Position numbers and translations under genes: made by a program. From assembly GCA_963624325.1 (NCBI GenBank), contig CAVFPH010000002.1, positions 28,401-60,400 on the forward strand: a stretch of 32,000 nucleotides of DNA, written 5' to 3'. The stretch's first letter is position 1, and every line of letters starts with the position of its first letter. The notes beneath the pieces were generated by a model. That model did not search any database. It saw nothing but the letters and a program-made list of their open reading frames with translations, and was not told where the DNA came from. Positions 26,001 through 32,000 of this stretch are shown here, piece by piece. The DNA comes from a bacterium (GTDB lineage: Bacteria; Bacillota; Clostridia; Christensenellales; Aristaeellaceae).

Positions 26001-26597
26001 TCCTTCTCCTGCGACCTGCCGGACGGGAATTACCGCTTTGCAAGATCGGTTGATACCGCAGTGCGCGTCAGCCTGATTACCGCTGACCAATCAACCATTA
26101 CCGATCAGATCGGTTATTCGGATGCGGTTGAAATCCCCATGGGGCAGGATGTTGACAGCTGTGATTTCGGCATCGGTGCACTTGGAAAGCTGGGCGACAC
26201 GGCCTGGCTGGACGAAAACGGGAACGGCATGCAGGATGAAGGCGAGCTGCCTGTCCCCGGCATTGAAATTGCCCTGTACCAGTACGGTGAGCTGATTGCC
26301 GAGGCCGCCACCGATCAGTATGGCCATTATCTTTTCATTGATCTGTACCCCGGCACATACACCGTGCAGGTGACCATGCCCAAGGAGCTTAAAACCACCA
26401 TTCATCAAACGGACTATCCCCTGGTTGCCAGCGTTCTGCCCGAGTCCGATGAGCTGACCGTGGAGGCAGCGGGCATCATTGTGCCCAGCAACGGCCGTAA
26501 TCTAAGCTGCGATTTCGGCTTCGTGCTGCGCACGGAGGGCAAATATCCGGAGGGCATGAGCACCATGCTATCCAGTATTTGGGATGGCGATTTCTGA
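23076..26597 (+). CDS. large secreted protein with about ten SdrD-B-like / Cna-B-type Ca-binding repeat domains
   Basis: This is ORF 23052..26597. The ATG at 23076 has GGAGG plus 8 nt. There is a signal peptide (MRITRRFITMLLFLLSLCLPVFCARAAS). Modules of about 110 aa recur with the pattern hSGxhahDxNxDGxxDxxExGhxGVxVxL...TDxxGxYxFxxLxPGxYxL (for example DENADGKHD, DLNADGTID, DENGNGMQD). I see no LPXTG, SLH or C-terminal TM segment. Confidence 0.8.
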   Translation: MRITRRFITMLLFLLSLCLPVFCARAASGQISGYAWQAQSGDKTYDAEDHALTGVSVTLCRAEDGAEIAQQTVNRSGAYAFMGLDAGNYYLSVKLPTGYQFIEPCDGGSIMLPADGESSTSAVFALADNQVIDNAHIGASKSVGHLRVYAFVDKNANGGRSNAEDMLRGVQTELYYQYQGEWVMVASYTTDKDGCATYWSMTPGTYRMRVVLPNPYIIGPLGEKINAWYNCFPPCDSSDGWSEPFEVPKGNSINLGLGAVSTGSLSGSLWYDENADGKHDAAEHGYAGAVITLDSDEAGVHRSFESTDDGTFSFERLLAGTYTLTVTLPETAMFTLPGGDSLFSNGYAFCQSADIPITTGESTVLQSIGIMDATSLEIHFYHDLNADGTIDADDLPFSGAAAEILDEQDAVLLTAVSDGDGIARFPVVRGGDVRIRCTLPDGQVFTVEGAENDFVSLAAQSTITLTHDLAHGAADTLYAGVTLPAQISGMLFLDQNVSGVMDNGEQGLADITVQAVNMRGEVTAETVTDASGRYHFDSLLPASHAIRFLLQDAYVFVELSETGAETENHVILQTAEYGETAEVSLAPGQTAAHIDGGIFRSATVSGRVLLDSGIPALPLSGGLSGVCVTLLDEYGAPVSDTTTTYTDENGDYYLKGALPGTYSLEYTLPANTAFTVPMTESEVWYSEPFTLEAADDLTQSPLYAVPTGSLSGIFYQDTDLNGTYDAGEPEIADITLTAHNMDLDITYEVRSLDNGQYIFDSLRPGAYTLSVALEDSMCLVTDASSPFTATPNSSARAELSIGAGDHQQYRNIAAAYTASLAGTLFMDSGNNNHLDEQDEGAAQIPVTLKAVNNPLSYTFLTDESGIFSLSAIAPGDYRLYVSLPTDCIPADGNPAVLTDGFWVSDVHIGSGDQADLTYAILRYARAAGHVWSMDGSLTGVSNRAVTLYRDGNALSTVTTDADGAFEFLQLKPGLYSFSCDLPDGNYRFARSVDTAVRVSLITADQSTITDQIGYSDAVEIPMGQDVDSCDFGIGALGKLGDTAWLDENGNGMQDEGELPVPGIEIALYQYGELIAEAATDQYGHYLFIDLYPGTYTVQVTMPKELKTTIHQTDYPLVASVLPESDELTVEAAGIIVPSNGRNLSCDFGFVLRTEGKYPEGMSTMLSSIWDGDF

Positions 26598-26610
26598 TAT
26601 TTTTACGCAA

Positions 26611-26643
26611 AAGCCGCCTGTCGGATGAACTGCAGGCGGCTTT
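26611..26643. terminator. intrinsic terminator between convergent genes
   Basis: AAGCCGCCTG (26611-26620), a 12-nt loop, CAGGCGGCTT (26633-26642), then TTCGCGTTT. Confidence 0.65.
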
Positions 26644-26654
26644 CGCGTTTGAAA

Positions 26655-27668
26655 TTACAATCCCCAATAGATATTCATCAGCGTTGTCAGGGCCACATAA
26701 CCCAGATACAGCAGGATAATCGATTTATGGCTGAGGATCAGCGCCAGATATTCACGAAACGCTGCCGCCGGAACATAATACAATGCTGTCCGTCCGCCAA
26801 CGCCCTGCGCATCCATTTTCATTTCGCGTGCCAGAAAAGATGCACGAAGCACATGATAGTCGCTGGTGGCAATCAGAAACCGTGCATCGCCGCCATCTGC
26901 CTGCATAAGCTCCTTTGAAAATTTCAGATTTTCGCGCGTGGTGGTGGAGCGATCCTCTTTCAATATCTGTTCATTCGGGATCCCGCAGGACAGCAGATAG
27001 CGCTTCATTGCCTCTGCCTCGGATACAACCTCATTTTTTCCTTGCCCGCCCGAAACGATCAGCTTGGCCCGGCATCCGCCGCGGCGATACCACCGGACAG
27101 CGGCATCCAATCTGCTTTTCAAAAGCGGCGTAACCGTTCCGTCCTTTCGAATGGCACACCCGAGAACCGCAATATAGGGGCAGTCCAGCGGCTTCTTCAG
27201 CCGCTTGTATACCGGGGTGTACAGGAAGAATCCGCCCAGTGCCAAGGGAACGTACATCACCAGCTTCATCATAAACGTTGTACACAGCACCGCCATTTCG
27301 CTTCCGGAAACATAGCCAAAACAGTCCTGATACCAGATGCCGGCACCAAGCAGGGTCAGAAAGCCCCAGAAAACAGGCTGAATGTGCGTTTTTGAAAAGC
27401 CCTCGTGTTTCAGTACGATCACGCCATCCGCCAGCAAGGCAAGCCCTGCGCCGCAGAGGCTGAAGAGGATCCCATACACAAAGCACACGGCAACGGCGCT
27501 TCCGATCTTGGTATACATTACCGCATAGATAAGTGTCAGTGCGCCATAGAACAGCGACATTTCCAAAAGAAACCCGTTGATCAATCGGCGCGGTTCCCGC
27601 CGGATCAGCAAAAAAGCCAGCAGCAAAAAAACCGCTGCCGCGCTGCCGTAAATCAAAACATAGTTCAT
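26655..27668 (-). CDS. membrane protein with a C-terminal DUF218 (YdcF/SanA/ElyC-like) domain
   Basis: A 337-aa ORF. The N-terminal half has several TM segments. The C-terminal half reads IAVLGCAIRKDGTVTPLLKSRLDAAVRWY...LIVSGGQG...SEAEAMKRYL...EDRSTTTRENLKFS...ATSDYHVLRA, which is typical of DUF218. Confidence 0.75.
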   Translation of the reverse strand: MNYVLIYGSAAAVFLLLAFLLIRREPRRLINGFLLEMSLFYGALTLIYAVMYTKIGSAVAVCFVYGILFSLCGAGLALLADGVIVLKHEGFSKTHIQPVFWGFLTLLGAGIWYQDCFGYVSGSEMAVLCTTFMMKLVMYVPLALGGFFLYTPVYKRLKKPLDCPYIAVLGCAIRKDGTVTPLLKSRLDAAVRWYRRGGCRAKLIVSGGQGKNEVVSEAEAMKRYLLSCGIPNEQILKEDRSTTTRENLKFSKELMQADGGDARFLIATSDYHVLRASFLAREMKMDAQGVGGRTALYYVPAAAFREYLALILSHKSIILLYLGYVALTTLMNIYWGL

Positions 27669-27718
27669 AGATGGTTCTCTCCCTTCAGTGCTGTCGAGGC
27701 AGAAATTCCCCGCATTAT

Positions 27719-27753
27719 AACGCGCCTGCAGGGGAAATTCTTGCAGGCGCGTT
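27719..27753 (-). terminator. 12-bp GC-rich hairpin after metI, without a U-tract
   Basis: AACGCGCCTGCA, an 11-nt loop, TGCAGGCGCGTT. There is no T-run on either strand, so it may act as an RNA-stability element or a weak terminator. Confidence 0.35.
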
Positions 27754-27767
27754 GCTATGTTCTGACC

Positions 27768-28478
27768 TTATTTGCGGATTCGCTTGTCCAGCTTCACAGA
27801 AAGACGCGTACCGATGCTCTGGAAGAGCTGCACCAGCACAACCAGCACGATTACCGCCAGGATCATTACGGGATAGTTATATTTGTTATAGCCGTACATG
27901 ATGGCCAGCTTGCCCAGTCCGCCTGCGCCGATTGCGCCGCCCATGGCAGAATATCCCAGGATTGTGGTAACTGCAATGGCAGCGTTGTTAATCAGGGAAG
28001 GGACGCTTTCGGGCAGCATCACTTTGCAGATGATCTGCAAAGGGGAGGCACCCATGCTTTGCGCCATTTCGATGATGTTCGGGTTGACCTCACGCAGGCT
28101 GCTTTCCACCAGGCGTGCAACAAAGGGAAATGCTGCCACGACCAGCGGCACGATAGACGCAACCGAGCCGTAGGACTTGCCCACAATCAGGCGCGTCAGG
28201 GGGACTACCAGGATCATCAGGATCAAAAACGGCACAGAGCGCAGAAGATTAATCAGTACATTCAGCACCCGAAGCACCGCTTTGGGCAGCGGAAGGACGC
28301 CCTTCTCCTCGCCAACCACCAGCAATATGCCAAGCGGCAGCCCAAGCACCAGGGCAAAGGCAGTGGAGAGCACGGTTACATAGAAGGTTTCCCACAAATA
28401 ATAGAGCACGCCGTTCTTGGTCAGATCCAGCAGAAGCTCCAGCGCGGTTTCCCATTTTTTAGCCGTAAACCAGTTCAT
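27768..28478 (-). CDS. metI: methionine ABC transporter permease
   Basis: A 236-aa ORF whose ATG lies 1 nt after the metN stop. It has a MetI-type layout (LWETFYVTVLSTAFALVLGLPLGILL, EAA-like loop IEMAQSMGASPLQIICKVMLPE). Confidence 0.9.
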   Translation of the reverse strand: MNWFTAKKWETALELLLDLTKNGVLYYLWETFYVTVLSTAFALVLGLPLGILLVVGEEKGVLPLPKAVLRVLNVLINLLRSVPFLILMILVVPLTRLIVGKSYGSVASIVPLVVAAFPFVARLVESSLREVNPNIIEMAQSMGASPLQIICKVMLPESVPSLINNAAIAVTTILGYSAMGGAIGAGGLGKLAIMYGYNKYNYPVMILAVIVLVVLVQLFQSIGTRLSVKLDKRIRK

Positions 28479-28479
28479 C

Positions 28480-29478
<999 letters not shown>

Positions 29479-29502
29479 AGGGTTTCCTCCAATCACACAT
29501 GC

Positions 29503-29529
29503 GCACCGGCAGGAAACCCCTGCCGGTGC
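29503..29529 (-). other. intercistronic 11-bp stem-loop between metQ and metN
   Basis: GCACCGGCAGG, a 5-nt loop, CCTGCCGGTGC. There is no U-tract. Confidence 0.5.
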
Positions 29530-29551
29530 GGCACTTGGTGTCTGTTGTATT

Positions 29552-30397
29552 TTACTTGGTCAGGCCCAATACGTCAAGGGTAGTCTGACGGCCGCCGTAC
29601 AGGCCCATGGGCTCAACGTGTACAACGGATACGGAAACCAGCTTGGTGCCGTTCTCGGCATTGAAGTCGTCCAGGTAAGGCTGATGCTGGAAGTAGTTGG
29701 CATCGATTTCGCCGCTGTCCACAACCCGGTTGGGCTGTACATAGTCGGTGAATTCTACGATTTCCAGTTCAACGCCCTTGGCAGCCAGGATTTCCTGAGC
29801 AACCTTGAGGATTTCGGCATGGGGAGTGGGAGAAGCGGCAACGGTGATCTTTTCGCCCTTCAGCGCATCGTAATCGACAGTGGCATCATAGCCGTCGGTG
29901 GGATTTTCAATGGTGCTTACCACAGAACCGTCATAGGTTTCGGCGATAAAGTCGGCAACCTGCTGGCTTTCCAGCGCGGCAACCAGGGCCAGGATCTTGG
30001 CAGAATTCTCATTGCCTTCCTTGACGGCCAGGATGTTGCCGTAAGCGGAGTAAGAACCTTCGATCAGAAGGGAATCCTTTACGGGGTTCAGGCCCGCATT
30101 GATGGCGTAGTTGGAGTTGATCACGGCGTAGTCCAGGTCGGGCAGCTGAACGGGCAGCTGAGCGGCTTCAATCTCGATGACTTCAACATTGTTGGGGTTC
30201 TCTACGATATCACGGATGGTAGCCTGAATGCCGGCACCCTTAGCCAGCTTGATGATGCCGTTGGCTTCCAGCAGCAGAAGAGCACGGGCTTCGTTGGTCG
30301 TGTCATTGGGAACGCCGATGGTAATGGTGTCAGCCAGCGCGGCGGTGAAAGACAGGGACAGGGCCAGGGTCAGCAGGATGGCAAGCAGCTTTTTCAT
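29552..30397 (-). CDS. metQ: methionine-binding protein, MetQ/NlpA family
   Basis: A 281-aa ORF whose ATG follows AAAAGGAGAAACC. It has a signal peptide (MKKLLAILLTLALSLSFTAALA) and NlpA-family motifs (ITIGVPNDTTNEARALLLLE, VEFTDYVQPN, ANYFQH). It sits directly upstream of metN and metI. Confidence 0.9.
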   Translation of the reverse strand: MKKLLAILLTLALSLSFTAALADTITIGVPNDTTNEARALLLLEANGIIKLAKGAGIQATIRDIVENPNNVEVIEIEAAQLPVQLPDLDYAVINSNYAINAGLNPVKDSLLIEGSYSAYGNILAVKEGNENSAKILALVAALESQQVADFIAETYDGSVVSTIENPTDGYDATVDYDALKGEKITVAASPTPHAEILKVAQEILAAKGVELEIVEFTDYVQPNRVVDSGEIDANYFQHQPYLDDFNAENGTKLVSVSVVHVEPMGLYGGRQTTLDVLGLTK

Positions 30398-30530
30398 GAT
30401 GGTTTCTCCTTTTAATTTTGTTTTGTTGGGAAACGAAGCAAACGGGAATGCGTGTAAGGAGCGTCACATTCGTTTGCTGAAACGATTGGTGAGAATCAGG
30501 CAGCGGCACATGGGCGAATCCTCCTTTCGG

Positions 30531-30568
30531 AAATCAAAAACGGGGAAGCTCGATGAAGCTTCCCCGTT
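30531..30568 (-). terminator. intrinsic terminator (attenuator) inside the metQNI 5' leader
   Basis: The minus strand reads AACGGGGAAGCT (30568-30557), loop TCATCG, AGCTTCCCCGTT (30550-39), then TTTGATTT. It lies 40 nt after the leader-ORF stop and about 130 nt before the metQ ATG. Confidence 0.8.
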
Positions 30569-30631
30569 CGAAAACCGAATGGCACGATGAGCGCTCACAG
30601 GTGAACGCTTACCGTTTAGAAAGCACATCGA
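30550..30631 (-). promoter_or_regulatory. candidate antiterminator pairing of the Met attenuator
   Basis: UCGAUGUGCUUUC (30631-30619, codons 25-29 of the leader ORF) can pair with GGAAGCUUCAUCGA (30563-30550). That target is the distal part of the terminator 5' arm, the whole loop, and the first nt of the 3' arm. The pairing is 6 bp, a 1x2 internal loop, then 6 bp including one G-U. It is mutually exclusive with the terminator. Confidence 0.5.
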
Positions 30632-30704
30632 TGAAGGCACAGCGACGCATGCACATGTACATGTACATCTGCATCATCATGTTGTCCATCGCCATACGCT
30701 TCAT
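30609..30704 (-). CDS. Met-rich leader peptide (31 aa) of the metQNI operon
   Basis: The minus strand reads AAAGGAG, 9 nt, then ATG AAG CGT ATG GCG ATG GAC AAC ATG ATG ATG CAG ATG TAC ATG TAC ATG TGC ATG CGT CGC TGT GCC TTC ATC GAT GTG CTT TCT AAA CGG TAA. This translates to MKRMAMDNMMMQMYMYMCMRRCAFIDVLSKR, with 10 AUG in 31 codons. The ORF lies between a promoter and a terminator, and is too short for the ORF track. Confidence 0.6.
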   Translation of the reverse strand: MKRMAMDNMMMQMYMYMCMRRCAFIDVLSKR

Positions 30705-30747
30705 AACGGTGCGCTCCTTTCCTCAGTGATCAACCGTTTATGCGGGT

Positions 30748-30776
30748 ACTATACCAGCCCGGAAAAGAATTGTCAA
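30748..30776 (-). promoter_or_regulatory. sigma-A promoter (extended -10) of the Met leader/metQNI transcript
   Basis: On the minus strand, TTGACA (30776-30771), a 17-nt spacer, then TGgTATAGT (-10 at 30753-30748). It starts 43 nt downstream of the serS stop. Confidence 0.6.
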
Positions 30777-30819
30777 GGGGTTATTTTGTACTTCTGTTGT
30801 ACTTGCATAATATGGGCAA

Positions 30820-32000
30820 TTACTTTCCGATTACGTCCACGCCCATGTACTTGCGCAGAACTTCGGGCACGGTAACGCTGCCGTCGCTGTTCTGGTAGTT
30901 TTCCAGAATCGCCGCCACGGTACGGCCTACAGCCACACCGGAGCCGTTGAGCGTATGGCACAGCTGCGGCTTGGACTTGGGATCCTCGCGGTAGCGGATG
31001 CCTGCACGGCGTGCCTGGAAATCTTCGCAGTTGGAGCAGGAGCTGATCTCCACATAGCGGTTATAGGAGGGCATCCACACTTCGATATCATAGCACTTGG
31101 CGGCAGAGAAGCCCATATCGCCCGAGCACAGCGCCACAACGCGGTAGGGCAAGCCCAGCAGCTGCAGCACCTTTTCGGCCTGGCGGGTCATGGATTCCAG
31201 CTCCTCATAGCTCTGCTCGGGCTTGGTAATCTTGACCATTTCGACCTTGTTGAACTGGTGCTGACGGATCAGACCGCGGGTATCGCGGCCGGCGCTGCCA
31301 GCCTCCTTGCGGAAGCACGCGCTGTAAGCGCAGTGACGGATCGGCAGATCCTTGCCGTCCAGAATCATATCGCGGTACAGGTTTGTCACGGGTACCTCAG
31401 CCGTGGGAATCAGGAAGGTATCCTGATCCAGCTTATAGGCATCCTCTTCAAACTTGGGCAGCTGGCCCGTACCGGTCATGGTGCTGCGGGTAACCATATA
31501 GGGAGGCAGAACCTCAACATAGCCGTCCGCCGCATGCGTATCCATAAAGAAGTTAATCACCGCGCGTTCCAGCCGGGCACCCAAACCGCGATACACGGTG
31601 AAGCGGGCACCGCTGATTTTGGCAGCAGCATCGAAATCCAGAATATTCAGGTCGGTGCCGATATCCCAGTGCGCCTTGGGCTCCCACTCAAAGTGACGCG
31701 GCTCGCCCCAGCGGCGCTGCTCCACATTTTCACTGTCGTCCTTGCCGACGGGAGTACCGGCCGACGGATAGTTGGGCAGGCGCATAACGAAATCGTTGAT
31801 GTACTCCTCAATTTCCTTCACTTGCGCATCCAGTGCCGTTACCTGATCGCCCAATGCGCGCATTTCATCCATGATCGGCTGTGCATCGCCGCCCTCACGC
31901 TTGATCTGCGCAATGCGCTTGGACTCATCATTGCGGCGTGCCTTCAGCGTTTCCACTTGGCTGAGCAGCGCGCGGCGCTCTTCTTCCTTTTTCAGGAATT
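30820..32000 (-). CDS. serS: seryl-tRNA synthetase, N-terminus outside the window
   Basis: This is ORF 30820..31956, and the frame stays open to the window edge (...[22 protein letters not shown]...). It has class II aaRS motifs ([43 protein letters not shown]). Confidence 0.9.
   Translation of the reverse strand, partial: FLKKEEERRALLSQVETLKARRNDESKRIAQIKREGGDAQPIMDEMRALGDQVTALDAQVKEIEEYINDFVMRLPNYPSAGTPVGKDDSENVEQRRWGEPRHFEWEPKAHWDIGTDLNILDFDAAAKISGARFTVYRGLGARLERAVINFFMDTHAADGYVEVLPPYMVTRSTMTGTGQLPKFEEDAYKLDQDTFLIPTAEVPVTNLYRDMILDGKDLPIRHCAYSACFRKEAGSAGRDTRGLIRQHQFNKVEMVKITKPEQSYEELESMTRQAEKVLQLLGLPYRVVALCSGDMGFSAAKCYDIEVWMPSYNRYVEISSCSNCEDFQARRAGIRYREDPKSKPQLCHTLNGSGVAVGRTVAAILENYQNSDGSVTVPEVLRKYMGVDVIGK

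Noticed and set aside
27700-27760. A TATAAT on the minus strand (GCGCGTTATAATGCGG) as a promoter for the DUF218 gene.
   Set aside because: There is no acceptable -35 at 16-18 nt, and the hexamer starts at the last two nt of the 3' arm of the post-metI hairpin. The DUF218 gene may simply be co-transcribed or use a weak promoter, and I cannot support a call.
30398-30776. An S-box (SAM-I) riboswitch or a Met T-box upstream of metQ, which is the expected regulator in Firmicutes.
   Set aside because: Reading the minus strand, I found no S-box core elements (GAGGGA...GCCC-type junctions, kink-turn) and no T-box sequence (GGTGGTACCGCG-like) or specifier-loop architecture. Instead there is a translated-looking Met-rich sORF plus a terminator. 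This still needs a covariance-model search to be certain.

Overview
This is a chromosomal, mostly housekeeping window. It looks like a high-GC Gram-positive, Clostridia-type genome: GGAGG Shine-Dalgarno sites, TTGACA-17-TATAAT promoters, frequent GTG/TTG starts, and argR-recN and rplM-rpsI neighbourhoods. The taxonomic placement is inference only. Left to right: a metallophosphoesterase (partial) translationally coupled to a double zinc-ribbon/polyacidic protein; a Qnr-sized pentapeptide-repeat protein; tRNA-Met and initiator tRNA-fMet; a membrane protein; a MazG-like NTP pyrophosphatase; a HAD hydrolase; tldD-pmbA plus a PHP phosphoesterase; uvrB; recN; argR; rplM-rpsI; tRNA-Thr. Next comes a CUT1-type sugar ABC transporter (binding protein, ATPase, two permeases with unusual N-terminal extensions), then a PrsA-like parvulin, tadA, a nitroreductase, a secreted MBL-fold plus lamin-tail-domain protein, and a 1173-aa secreted protein made of about ten SdrD-B-like Ca-binding repeats. 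The window ends with a DUF218 membrane protein, metQ-metN-metI (minus strand) and serS (partial). No CRISPR array, transposase or prophage signal was seen. The standout is invisible in the ORF track. In the serS-metQ spacer (minus strand) a sigma-A promoter drives a 31-codon ORF in which 10 codons are AUG (MKRMAMDNMMMQMYMYMCMRRCAFIDVLSKR). It is followed by an intrinsic terminator and a mutually exclusive antiterminator pairing that uses the last sense codons of the ORF. This reads as a trp/his-style ribosome-mediated attenuator that senses methionine and controls a methionine ABC importer, in the place where an S-box or T-box would normally be expected.
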